A DNA stretch of 64,000 nt, from IMG/VR virus record IMGVR_UViG_3300027969_000073, positions 27,084-91,083 of that record; one strand, written 5' to 3'. This DNA comes from a virus. Below the pieces are notes generated by a model. The model was not told the DNA's origin, did no database searches, and saw only the letters and a list, made by a program, of their open reading frames with translations. Positions 39,772-49,649 of the stretch are shown piece after piece (the first letter of the stretch is position 1; every line of letters begins with the position of its first letter). Made by a program: the position numbers and the translations under genes.

Positions 39772-40304
39772 TATGCTAATATTACAATTCTAACTCTAGT
39801 TTCTGTTACTTCAGGTAATTGTAGATAAATAGTAATTAATCCTGAAGTAGCATTTATTTCAGTGTATGCTCCTGCTACTGAAACATCATAAGAAGGAGTC
39901 ATTTGTATCCATTTAGTTCCTGCAGGATTTTTAAAATAAACTGCAATATGTAAATCGCAATATTCTGGGTCTAAACCTCCTTGAATATATCCTTCAGGAA
40001 TTACTCCTGCTGCAGCTAATTCTAATTGAGTAACAGTAAAACTTTCTCCATCAAAAATAGAATCAACTTCTTTTATAAATTTATAAGCGTTTGTTCCATC
40101 TGTTCCGTCAGTACCGTCTGTACCATCTGCTCCTGGATCACCTGGGTCACCTTGAGGACCTGTTAAATCAGGTGAAATATAAGTTGTACCGTCTGTATAT
40201 AGAAAAGTAAATGTACCGTCTTCATTATCTGTAATAGAAACAATTCCTCTACCATCGCTTCCTTTTAAAAGTGTTAAACCTTTACAATCTTTACATTTAC
40301 ACAT
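39771..40304 (-). CDS. Collagen-like repeat fibre protein
   Basis: GPQGDPGDPGADGTDGTDGTDG; N-terminus MCKCKDC. Confidence 0.65.
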   Translation of the reverse strand: MCKCKDCKGLTLLKGSDGRGIVSITDNEDGTFTFLYTDGTTYISPDLTGPQGDPGDPGADGTDGTDGTDGTNAYKFIKEVDSIFDGESFTVTQLELAAAGVIPEGYIQGGLDPEYCDLHIAVYFKNPAGTKWIQMTPSYDVSVAGAYTEINATSGLITIYLQLPEVTETRVRIVILA

Positions 40305-40315
40305 AATACATTATA

Positions 40316-41149
40316 TTAACATCCTCCACAGCCACAACCGCTGCAATCAGATACTGTTTTACAATAAGTTGAAGCTGCTGTTAAAATGTTTTCAGCAGTG
40401 TCGAAATCTCCACAACTAAAAGCTGATTCAATTCCGTAAATAAACATTTCCATTTGGTCAACTTGTTCTTTAAGTTTAATAGTAGAAGGTGAAGAACAAG
40501 CATTAAGAAGTTTCATTACTAAATTATCTTTACAACTACAAAGATTGCATAAGAATAATTGGTGTTGAGTTTCATTTGTATATATGTCTACACCGTCAGT
40601 AACAATGTAAACAATTTCGTAAATTCCATCTGGATTAGACCAAGGTTGGTCTGCTAGAGCAATAAATGGTGCAGGTGTAGGAGCAGTAACATTGCCTGAG
40701 TAAACGTCTACTGTATCATTTTTTAATATGTAAGTACCCATTATAGGAGTACCACTAATTGTGATAGGTCCTACTGTTTGTGAGTAATTTACTACATAAG
40801 TTCCTCCGTTATTATTACCTGTTCCTGTGATTACAGCAATAATCATTGTTCCTGGTAGTATACCAGTTCCTGTAAGCATTTGGCCTACAGCAAAATTACC
40901 TGAAAGGTGAGTTGTATCTGTGAATAAAGTTCCTGAGATTGTTCCTGTGCCTATGGCAGTGACTATAGCTCCTGTTGAAGGAAATACATTTACTGCTGCA
41001 TAAGTAACATCGGCATCTATTGTAGTAATATTAGGACCGCCCCATCCGCCAACGTTAGTAGTTGAAACATATACTCCTGTCAATTCTTCAATTGTAACAG
41101 TATTACATTTGTTGCCTAATGATAAAGATATTTGAGGAATTAAACTCAT
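40316..41149 (-). CDS. Structural protein (tail hub-like) with Cys-rich C-terminus
   Basis: Ends CKTVSDCSGCGCGGC; internal VGQMLTGTGILPGTMI beta module. Confidence 0.5.
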   Translation of the reverse strand: MSLIPQISLSLGNKCNTVTIEELTGVYVSTTNVGGWGGPNITTIDADVTYAAVNVFPSTGAIVTAIGTGTISGTLFTDTTHLSGNFAVGQMLTGTGILPGTMIIAVITGTGNNNGGTYVVNYSQTVGPITISGTPIMGTYILKNDTVDVYSGNVTAPTPAPFIALADQPWSNPDGIYEIVYIVTDGVDIYTNETQHQLFLCNLCSCKDNLVMKLLNACSSPSTIKLKEQVDQMEMFIYGIESAFSCGDFDTAENILTAASTYCKTVSDCSGCGCGGC

Positions 41150-41239
41150 AGGAATAAAATTTTATCAAAGATAAGGAAAAATATAGTAGCCCACCACTCG
41201 ACAGCAAAATTTCGTGGCAGGCTACTGGGGGTTGGAGAA

Positions 41240-42571
41240 TTACGCGTTAAAGTCAGAAGGGGTAAGTCCTAAAGAAGTTACCAATTCTTTTCCTGTATTA
41301 GCTGTTCCAGAAAGACTTCCAGTTGTACTCAAGTTTAAGTACACTAATACATTTCCTTTTGCTCCTGCATTAGTCACAAGACCTTTAATGTCTTCTGTCC
41401 ATGCAATATCCAAAGATGAGTAAGTACAGTTAGCAGCTACATAACCAGCAACACCTGGGATTTTAACTACTTGGTCACGTAATGCAGGTGGAACACCTAA
41501 CATACCGTTTTGTCCTTCGAAACCGTAGTTCATGTACTCATCCATAGCAACTTGTTGCCATACACCGTTACCGTTACGAGCTCCTGTAGTCAATGTAACT
41601 AATACAGTTGAATCAGAGAAAGTTGCAGTAAAACGATTAGCATAGTAATCACGGAAAGAGTTCACGTTAAATGGAGCTTCTTTACCAGTCAAACGGATAC
41701 CAAAGTTTGCAGAAGCTGCATTAGCAGCAGTAATGTATTCTGTTGTACCAGTTCCTGCTGATGGAGCAAAACTTGCTGTTACAGGACGATCTACAGTAAG
41801 GATACCACCGTCTGCTACAGTTACAGTTGTTGCTGTAATTTTATATACAGGGTCAGAGTAGGCTGTTCCTAAACGAATAAAATCTCCTACTACAAACAAG
41901 TAAGGTAATACACCTCCTGTTTCAGTAATAACAATTTGTCTTGAACCTTCTGTTGCTACAATAGTATCAGATGCTCCTAAAGCTTCTGTACCAGCATCGC
42001 TACAAAGTAAATCAAATTTCAAATAACCATTTGCAGGTTCTCTTTTGAAATTTTGATTTCCACTTAATGCTAATAAACAAGCTAATTCTGCTTGGTTACC
42101 TGTTGCATCAGTACGAACTGGACCTGCAAACAAAGACATTGGCTGAGAACGGTTAGCCGCATCATTATCTCTTTTACGAATTTTAATCCAGAAATCTGTG
42201 TTGCTTGCTACAGGCAAAGCACCTGTTGTACCATTGTAACCAATAGTAGTAACTTGCTGAACTGCTGTTTTGTACTTAGCAATTGTTGTTTTAGTACTAC
42301 CTTTAGTAAGTACTGGAGATTTCATCAACGGTTGGTTAGCTCCTTTTCCTTGAACTATCATGAATTGATCACCGTTAGCAAGTGCTGCATACGCAGTGTT
42401 GTCCATTCTACGCAATCCTGCATCCACTAATACTACTGCTCCTGCTTCAATATTAGAAGAAGTTACCACAGTTCCTACTGGGCAAGTTGCATCTAAACCT
42501 GAACCGCCTGATGTTAATTTAGTTACGTCACTCAAAAGGACACTAAATACGTTGTTAGCTTTTCTTAACAT
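41240..42571 (-). CDS. Auxiliary capsid / structural protein
   Basis: 443 aa, A/T/G-rich, codon usage resembling MCP; position three genes after MCP. Confidence 0.55.
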   Translation of the reverse strand: MLRKANNVFSVLLSDVTKLTSGGSGLDATCPVGTVVTSSNIEAGAVVLVDAGLRRMDNTAYAALANGDQFMIVQGKGANQPLMKSPVLTKGSTKTTIAKYKTAVQQVTTIGYNGTTGALPVASNTDFWIKIRKRDNDAANRSQPMSLFAGPVRTDATGNQAELACLLALSGNQNFKREPANGYLKFDLLCSDAGTEALGASDTIVATEGSRQIVITETGGVLPYLFVVGDFIRLGTAYSDPVYKITATTVTVADGGILTVDRPVTASFAPSAGTGTTEYITAANAASANFGIRLTGKEAPFNVNSFRDYYANRFTATFSDSTVLVTLTTGARNGNGVWQQVAMDEYMNYGFEGQNGMLGVPPALRDQVVKIPGVAGYVAANCTYSSLDIAWTEDIKGLVTNAGAKGNVLVYLNLSTTGSLSGTANTGKELVTSLGLTPSDFNA

Positions 42572-42598
42572 TTCTGTTTGTTTTTAAATTAATAATCT

Positions 42599-43351
42599 TT
42601 ATTCTAAATCTTTAAAGGATTCTCTTATTTGTAATTTTTGTTCTTTTACACGTTCTAACATTAAGTCAGTTGCTATATCAACTATAACAACGTGTGTAGA
42701 GTAATCTAGCTCACAATTAACTTGATTTGCAGGAGTATCTCTATCGACAACTATAGCTGTTGGATTTTTAAGGTATCTCATATAATATGTAGAAACATTA
42801 AAAGTACCATCAGTTATAATTTCATGACGTTTTGCTGTTGCTGGTGATGCAGGGTTAACTCCAGATATTAATCTAGAATATTCTGCTCGCCAAACTCTAG
42901 CGTCGCCATAAGTCTTATAAAAGGGTTTTTTGTATTTACTACTTTGAAATTGTTGAATTTCATTGTAAGCAATAACTCTTATATAAGCCTTTATGAACTC
43001 TTGTGTATTACAGTCTTTTTTATCAATTGTACATTCTTCAAAGACTGTGTACATATGGTCCATCGGTAAATCAAAGAACTTTCCATTAGTATAGATTCCA
43101 ACTTGTGAAGCAGAAACCGTAAGAGCAGGAGCCGTTTTAATTAAGGCTCCTAACCCTTGGTCTCTAATTTCAGTTTCTTGAAAGCCTTTACCCTTTCTAT
43201 TGTTCATCTCATCAATAAACTTTTTGACATAAAAATGGTATGCTTCTGTAAGCACTGAAGAATAATCGAAATCTTCGTACCCCGCTGACGCAAAACTATC
43301 TACTCTATCTAGTTTTTGGTCTAATGCATCTGCCATTTCATTTGCCGTCAT
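42599..43351 (-). CDS. crAss-like conserved ring protein (gene 74-like)
   Basis: YYMRYLKNP, CELDYSTH..IVDIA; synteny. Confidence 0.65.
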   Translation of the reverse strand: MTANEMADALDQKLDRVDSFASAGYEDFDYSSVLTEAYHFYVKKFIDEMNNRKGKGFQETEIRDQGLGALIKTAPALTVSASQVGIYTNGKFFDLPMDHMYTVFEECTIDKKDCNTQEFIKAYIRVIAYNEIQQFQSSKYKKPFYKTYGDARVWRAEYSRLISGVNPASPATAKRHEIITDGTFNVSTYYMRYLKNPTAIVVDRDTPANQVNCELDYSTHVVIVDIATDLMLERVKEQKLQIRESFKDLE

Positions 43352-43354
43352 AGT

Positions 43355-44293
43355 CTATTTTTTCTGAGCTAACTCAATTTTTGCTTTAATTCTTAATTTA
43401 ACTTCTTGATTGTCAGGATTCAAAAGGTAATTAATTACATCTGTAATTTCTCCTAATTCTGCACCATTATCAAGTGTATATCTTTTTTCTCCTTTACGAA
43501 TGATAGCTCCTGCTTCTACAGCTTCTTGAACAAAAATTCTTTCGTTGTATTGAGGGTGATTTACAATTTCTAAGAAGAATTTTGGATCTTTTTCAACTAC
43601 ACTAAGAACTTCATTTTTCATCCAGTCTTCTGTAGCGCTTACTGGAATAGTTCTTCCAAGAGATTTGATAAAGCCAATAGTAGTTTTCTTACTATTAGTA
43701 ACTTCTGCAAACTTAATATAAGCTTGAGATTTTACACCTGCTTCTTCTAATTTCTTAGTAGTAACTCTGCTTTCGTCTACCATCATAAACTCATAAGTTG
43801 CTTTTAATTTTCTGTCGTCATAAGACGGACAAATAAGCATCTTATTAGATAATAAGATAAGGTATTTTAACATATCTAAAGGCAGATTTAAGTTTAAACT
43901 TGTTCCTTCTTTTGACAAAGCAACACGTCCTCTTTTATCTGTTCTCCAGAAATTTGTATCTTGAGGAGCGTATGGATTTAAGTCCACACCCAACTCTTTT
44001 TCAAAGAACTCTTTTTGAGTCATTCCATTAGGAAAGGACTCCATGTATTTTTGAATCTTAACTCTACGTTGGTCATCTAAAATACTTTTTACTCCACCAC
44101 CAAGGTTTGCATTGTTAAGAGGCACTTGATAACTTCGTTTTGTTTTGTTGTACATGAAAGGGTCTTTCGATCTGTCCTGTCCTGCAACTAATAATGTATT
44201 CCATTTCCCCGATGACTCTACTGGTTTTACTGCTACAATTCTGTCTTGTAGGAATGACCCGTAAGCCACTTTTTCTTTTTCTGCTGTCTCCAT
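43355..44293 (-). CDS. crAss-like conserved protein (gene 75-like)
   Basis: NFW, LNLNLPLD..KY, AVEAGAI; directly follows MCP. Confidence 0.65.
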   Translation of the reverse strand: METAEKEKVAYGSFLQDRIVAVKPVESSGKWNTLLVAGQDRSKDPFMYNKTKRSYQVPLNNANLGGGVKSILDDQRRVKIQKYMESFPNGMTQKEFFEKELGVDLNPYAPQDTNFWRTDKRGRVALSKEGTSLNLNLPLDMLKYLILLSNKMLICPSYDDRKLKATYEFMMVDESRVTTKKLEEAGVKSQAYIKFAEVTNSKKTTIGFIKSLGRTIPVSATEDWMKNEVLSVVEKDPKFFLEIVNHPQYNERIFVQEAVEAGAIIRKGEKRYTLDNGAELGEITDVINYLLNPDNQEVKLRIKAKIELAQKK

Positions 44294-44325
44294 TTTTTGC
44301 TGTCTTAATTAATTCTCTTTTAAAA

Positions 44326-44362
44326 ATGTCCCCTCGAGGCTTTCAACTCCGAGGGGATACAT
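44326..44362 (-). terminator. Stem-loop after MCP (terminator/attenuator)
   Basis: TCCCCTCG...CGAGGGGA stem followed by CATTTTT on the minus strand. Confidence 0.6.
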
Positions 44363-44374
44363 TTCTATAATTTA

Positions 44375-45886
44375 CTATCTTTCGATATTCAATTTAAGGT
44401 CTACAACTTTTGTAGGGTCTTCAATCATCATACCACCCCATTTTTGGAAGTGTACGGAATAACCGTCAATTGGTGATGCTACCATTTTAGGTGAACCTTT
44501 TCCTGCAGGAGAGAATGGATCTCTCATACCTGGGATATAAGCCCAATTGTAATCAGGAACTCCTTTTGGTTTAACACGGTAGATACCTGCGTTATCTCCA
44601 TAATCCAAAGCAAGGATACGGTGAGATTCTACGATACCTTTTCCATCTGGGTGACGTTGTGGGAAGTACACATCATCATCAAAGAAATCAACGATTTCAA
44701 CTTTGATAACAACACCATTGTACCATTCGTAAACGTTCCATTGTGGTTCCATTAAACCTTTAGTGTTTGTACCACCTAAGTTTCCTGCATCTGTATTAGA
44801 CATTAAGAATTTGTCAGAGATTACAGTGAATTTACCTGTTCCAGATTTAGCATTGATTTGTTTCGAAATTTCGATTGCACCAAATTCTCCCGTTAACAAG
44901 TGAATAACACGTTTTCCTCTTTCAATTTTCCCAACACCCATATCTAACAACAATTCTAAATGCCAATCAAGGTCATAAGTATTGTAGTAGTGAACGTTTG
45001 ATGGAGCGATTTGCTCGAAGAAACCTGAACCTGATTCGATAGCATATTTTGTCTTATCGTCTTTGTTCAAGTATTTGTGGTCAGCTGTCCAGTTTTTCTT
45101 ACCGTACATCAACATACGAGCAAACATTTCCTCACATTGGTGGTGTGCTACCAAATCTTGGTAGTTAATCCAAATAGACTCTTGTTGTCCTTTGTAGTTA
45201 AATCCAAACTCTAATGGTTCGTTTTTACCTTTGTTGATTGTGTTACCCGCAACTTCGTATTCCATACGTAAAGTAGCAGGACGGTTTTCCATTCTCCAAG
45301 GAGAAGTGAAATACGGTTTAGAACCTTCATAAGATAACGTTGAAGGAGCTAAAGAATAGAATTTAGACCAACGGCTTCCAATTATTAATTCTTCAGAAGG
45401 GACAGACATTGTAGGATTGTCAGTTACTAATTCAACTTCGAATTTGTAACGAGAACCTGCGTCCATTGCTTTTTTCACTAATAAGTGATAATCATCTACC
45501 TCTCCACGAATAACGTTTGTTGGTTCAAACAATGGTTCGTCGAAAATCATGTAGAAACGCTCACCGTTAGCTCCTATGTTTGCTGGGAAAGTACCTGCAG
45601 AAATAGTAAGACCGTTGATTGTTTCAGCATCTACTAAAGGAAGATTTTTATCGTGTTGTCCTTGCAACATCCAGTTATAAAATCCGTTTTCTTGTTCCAC
45701 TTCTTTAACAGGGAAACGATCTACGAATTCACGTAATTTACCTTGTAAATTAGTTTTGTAAATCTGGCGAATTACATTACTAATTAATTCAGGCTTTTGT
45801 TGATACAAAGCGTGGAAGTGGTTGTCTGTAACCAAACCATTGTAATCTACTGCTTCATACTTTTGTAATGGAAGTAATTGAGCCAT
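44375..45886 (-). CDS. Major capsid protein (crAss-like HK97 fold)
   Basis: 503 aa; GSGFFEQI, LLTGEFG, YIPGMRDPF; strongly biased codon usage; order terminase-portal-X-MCP. Confidence 0.85.
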   Translation of the reverse strand: MAQLLPLQKYEAVDYNGLVTDNHFHALYQQKPELISNVIRQIYKTNLQGKLREFVDRFPVKEVEQENGFYNWMLQGQHDKNLPLVDAETINGLTISAGTFPANIGANGERFYMIFDEPLFEPTNVIRGEVDDYHLLVKKAMDAGSRYKFEVELVTDNPTMSVPSEELIIGSRWSKFYSLAPSTLSYEGSKPYFTSPWRMENRPATLRMEYEVAGNTINKGKNEPLEFGFNYKGQQESIWINYQDLVAHHQCEEMFARMLMYGKKNWTADHKYLNKDDKTKYAIESGSGFFEQIAPSNVHYYNTYDLDWHLELLLDMGVGKIERGKRVIHLLTGEFGAIEISKQINAKSGTGKFTVISDKFLMSNTDAGNLGGTNTKGLMEPQWNVYEWYNGVVIKVEIVDFFDDDVYFPQRHPDGKGIVESHRILALDYGDNAGIYRVKPKGVPDYNWAYIPGMRDPFSPAGKGSPKMVASPIDGYSVHFQKWGGMMIEDPTKVVDLKLNIER

Positions 45887-45914
45887 TTTGTTTTTTTATT
45901 AATTGTTAAACGAA

Positions 45915-47090
45915 TTATTTTCTAGCTTTCGTTGCCTGTTCTAGCAATGAAAGAATGTTATCTGTTTTTGGAGAAGTTTCTATGGATGTGTTACGTCCTA
46001 CTCCTCTTTGTTCTTCTGCAGAAATCACTTTGTCTAACTCTGTGATTGCTGCTGTCTTAGCAACTGCTTTTATTTTAGAAATGTCAGGTCTGAACTTTCC
46101 TTCCTTTGTAATATTAAATAATCCTAGAGTATCGTAGTAGTTAATTAACATCTCGAACTCAGATGGATTTTTCATCTGCTTGTACATAAGGCTGTTAAAT
46201 TCTCTACCACTTTTAGGGTCTTTATAAACAGGCTCAATAATATTGTTTTTTAATTTATCCTTTGAAATTTTATTAAGGTTTAATCCATCAATAAAACTAT
46301 CTCTAGAATCAATATCATTAAGCAATGATTCAAAAGCTTTTGTTTGTTCTTCTTGAGCTTTTGTATTCATTTCTTGCTTAGCTGTTCTGCTTTGTTCTAC
46401 AATAGCTGCTGACTGAGCTTTTAATTTAGGAACTGCTTCAAAAGCTTTTTGTTCTAACTTTCCTACTGCATCTGCATCTTCTACGGACTCCATTGCTTCT
46501 TGGTCACTAAAGTTTTTAGACTTTAAATGCTCAAAATACAATTGTTTTTGGAGCGTAGTATCTGCTGATATAGCATCAGTTGTAAGATTGTCAAAGAACT
46601 CTAGTCGTTGAGCCATTATAATTGCTTGGTCAGTTTGGTCAAAAGCATCTTCAATTTCTAAGAATCTTTTCTTATCACTTGGTAAACTTTTTTTCCAATC
46701 TTGCTGTTTAGCATCTACTCCTTGCTCAATGGTTTTATTTAACAACTCTTTAATAGTATCTAAGTTTCCTGGAAGTTCATCTAAGTTGTCAGCTTCTGAC
46801 GCGGTGATGATTCCTCCTAAAACTAGTTCTTTTAAAAGAGCTTTATAAACTACTTCATTGTTACCTTTCTGTCCCTCGTTAGGAACAGATTTTTTTTCTG
46901 TTGGAACTTCTTTATTCTCAGGTACATCATCTCCTACTTCTGCACGTACTGGTTCTAAAGTAAACTCCTCTTTTTCTTCAGTCTTAGGAGCTTCAGGAGT
47001 ATCCTTGTTCTCAATAGTCTGATTTAGTTCTTGGGGTGTCATAATTTGTAGACCTTCCCATAATTCATCTGAACTCATATTTGCTGTCAT
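45915..47090 (-). CDS. Acidic conserved protein between portal and MCP (scaffold-like, gene 77-like)
   Basis: Acidic helical 391 aa; synteny. Confidence 0.6.
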   Translation of the reverse strand: MTANMSSDELWEGLQIMTPQELNQTIENKDTPEAPKTEEKEEFTLEPVRAEVGDDVPENKEVPTEKKSVPNEGQKGNNEVVYKALLKELVLGGIITASEADNLDELPGNLDTIKELLNKTIEQGVDAKQQDWKKSLPSDKKRFLEIEDAFDQTDQAIIMAQRLEFFDNLTTDAISADTTLQKQLYFEHLKSKNFSDQEAMESVEDADAVGKLEQKAFEAVPKLKAQSAAIVEQSRTAKQEMNTKAQEEQTKAFESLLNDIDSRDSFIDGLNLNKISKDKLKNNIIEPVYKDPKSGREFNSLMYKQMKNPSEFEMLINYYDTLGLFNITKEGKFRPDISKIKAVAKTAAITELDKVISAEEQRGVGRNTSIETSPKTDNILSLLEQATKARK

Positions 47091-47166
47091 TAATTAGTTA
47101 CAATATTAAAATTATTTTTATACATAGAATCTATAAATTTTATAATTCTACTATAATCCTATAGCT

Positions 47167-49623
47167 TTATTTTGCTGTACCAGCTGGTTTATTTTTATCA
47201 ATCATCAATTTTTCTTTAGCTAGCTTTTCTTTAGCTAAATTAGATCTTTTAGTTTCTTCTAATTTTTGTGCATCTAAAGCCATTCTTTCTTGATTATTGT
47301 TTTCAATAATTTCTGTACGTCTTAAATCTAATTCGTCTCCAATACCATTACTATCTGTATCTATCATTAAAGAGTTACGAATATCTTTAACATGTCCATT
47401 AGCATAACCCATTTCTGCAAGATATTCTTTAGATGCAATTTCTTCACGCTTGATAGTCATCTCGTCTTCATGTTTTTTCATTTCGAAATCTCTATCTGCT
47501 TTTTGACTTGCTTCTAACATTTTAGCTTGTTCTTGCTGAGCTTGCATTTGTTGTTGTTGCATTTGGTCATTTTGTTCCTTAATCTTTTTAGCAGACTCTT
47601 CCAGTTTTCTAGCAATTTCTTGCACTGATTCTGATTGTCTAATTGCGATTAAGTCACTAATAGTAGCTTGACCATTTTGAATAGCAGCTTGAGATAATTG
47701 ACGTAAATCATTGTACAATTCTGTATCTGCATTTGAGTTGCTTAAATGGATATCGTATTCAGTAGAAACAAACTCATCAAAGTTGTTTACCATTTCTTGT
47801 CCCATATCGTCTAATAAGAACTGTCCTTTTTTAGGGTTCTTTTTATAAGAGTACTTACAACATTCTAAGAATTTAGTAAGTACACGCTTACGGAAATTAT
47901 TGTCAATAGCAAACCATTTTTCAGTAATATGGGAAGTTTGTGCAACTTCTCTTTCTACATTATTTACTGCTTCTCTATTTTGAATTTGCCCCTCACGTGC
48001 GCCTGATACTCCAGCTAGTTTACCCAGTGTGTTCTCGATATCGAGTAGTAAGTTGGTATACATGCCTATTTCTTGAGCGTCGCCCATTTGAATTTGCTGA
48101 GCAGTTAACGTATTAAATGCTCCTGCAGATTTACCTTGAGAAGGTCCTTTTAATATTTCATTAGTTGGGTCTAACCATGCAAACTTATTAATAGTTACAT
48201 ATCTCATCCATTCTTTAGGGTCCCAACCTGATGGAACTAAAGATGCATTCAATGCTGTGAAAGATCCTTTGTATGTAGCAATTGCTAGCTCACGTTTGTA
48301 GTAAGCAATATCGTATGAATATGCTAAAGGTTTCATCACATCCATTAATGATTGTACTTTATAATCATTAGTACTGTTTACACTTCCTACGTAAGGAGGA
48401 GTTCCTTTAGATTTGTTGACAATAGATTTAGATGCATATGGTACAGGTCTCATTACTGTATAAATATGGTCAGCAATTTTTGTACCTTCCATCCACTCAT
48501 TTACCCATACCCATTTAATAGTTTCACCTTTATCTTTATCAAGTACATAGTCTTCTGGAACCCAGTCTTTTTGTTCCTGGCCGTCTTCATCAAAGTAAGT
48601 AAGCTCTCCAATTTTTCTACGAGATCTCCAACATACTTTCAAGACTCTAACGTTTCCGTAAGTATCAAAAGCTCCTGCAAAAGTTCTTGTTCCCATTTCA
48701 TTAGGATGGAAAATAGAAAGAGCTCCTTGCTCTCCGTAATAGTCATACACAGAAATATCTCTGTTTAATCCTATTCCTCCACCTCCTGCTGAGGCATCTA
48801 CTTTTCCAATTTCTAAGAAATCAATATCTTCAGCTGAAATTTCGTCCCAATAATCATCAACTACTTGTCCTACAGATTTGTATCCATATTCTACAATGAT
48901 GTCTGCATCCTCAATATACATAGAGTTTCCTCCCATTGTATAAAGGTTCATTGGATTTACACGTCTCATTACAGGATTGCCTCCTAGTACTCCACAATAC
49001 ATAATCTCTTCGCCACTAGTAAGTAAATCTTCAAATGTGCGTAAGAAAGTAAAATCAAAGTCTCCTTCTTTGTATTCTTTCTTTAAGATTTTGTTTGCAG
49101 TGATTTCTGCGAGGTCTTGAAATTCGTATGTTCTGTAGTGGTTTAGTTGTTCAAGTTCTTTTTTAATTTGCTCTTCAGAAACTGCTTCTCTTTTAATGAT
49201 GTCAGTTACTGTAGCAGTAATGTGCTCCATTAATGCTTGCTCTTTTCTTGAAATACTTTCGTTATCGTTTGAAGAGATGTAGGCTTTAAATTCTTTTCGT
49301 CTTTTTGAATATTCTCCTAATAGCAAATTAATCTTAGAATTTTCTATTCCTACATGTTGAAGAGAAGCTGGTAAAGATTCTAAATCTAGATTATCAGGGT
49401 TAATAAATCTTTCAAAATCTTTAACGTTGATAATATTAGCTCTTAGATTATAATTAGCTTTTTTGTTTTTAAAGTTAGAACGAAGATTAACATCAGATGT
49501 TAATAAATGTTCAGCAAAATCAATATTTTTCTTATACCAATTATCGTCTTTTTTACTATCAGATAGTTTCTGTCTAGGGAAACTAATATAGCCTTGCATT
49601 TTAATAGGAGAACTCTGACTCAT
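47167..49623 (-). CDS. Portal protein
   Basis: 818 aa; FPRQKL..K.DNW, KINLLLGE, WVNEWMEGTKI, AGVSGAREGQI. Confidence 0.9.
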   Translation of the reverse strand: MSQSSPIKMQGYISFPRQKLSDSKKDDNWYKKNIDFAEHLLTSDVNLRSNFKNKKANYNLRANIINVKDFERFINPDNLDLESLPASLQHVGIENSKINLLLGEYSKRRKEFKAYISSNDNESISRKEQALMEHITATVTDIIKREAVSEEQIKKELEQLNHYRTYEFQDLAEITANKILKKEYKEGDFDFTFLRTFEDLLTSGEEIMYCGVLGGNPVMRRVNPMNLYTMGGNSMYIEDADIIVEYGYKSVGQVVDDYWDEISAEDIDFLEIGKVDASAGGGGIGLNRDISVYDYYGEQGALSIFHPNEMGTRTFAGAFDTYGNVRVLKVCWRSRRKIGELTYFDEDGQEQKDWVPEDYVLDKDKGETIKWVWVNEWMEGTKIADHIYTVMRPVPYASKSIVNKSKGTPPYVGSVNSTNDYKVQSLMDVMKPLAYSYDIAYYKRELAIATYKGSFTALNASLVPSGWDPKEWMRYVTINKFAWLDPTNEILKGPSQGKSAGAFNTLTAQQIQMGDAQEIGMYTNLLLDIENTLGKLAGVSGAREGQIQNREAVNNVEREVAQTSHITEKWFAIDNNFRKRVLTKFLECCKYSYKKNPKKGQFLLDDMGQEMVNNFDEFVSTEYDIHLSNSNADTELYNDLRQLSQAAIQNGQATISDLIAIRQSESVQEIARKLEESAKKIKEQNDQMQQQQMQAQQEQAKMLEASQKADRDFEMKKHEDEMTIKREEIASKEYLAEMGYANGHVKDIRNSLMIDTDSNGIGDELDLRRTEIIENNNQERMALDAQKLEETKRSNLAKEKLAKEKLMIDKNKPAGTAK

Positions 49624-49649
49624 AGTAATAATTTATTTAAGATACAAAT

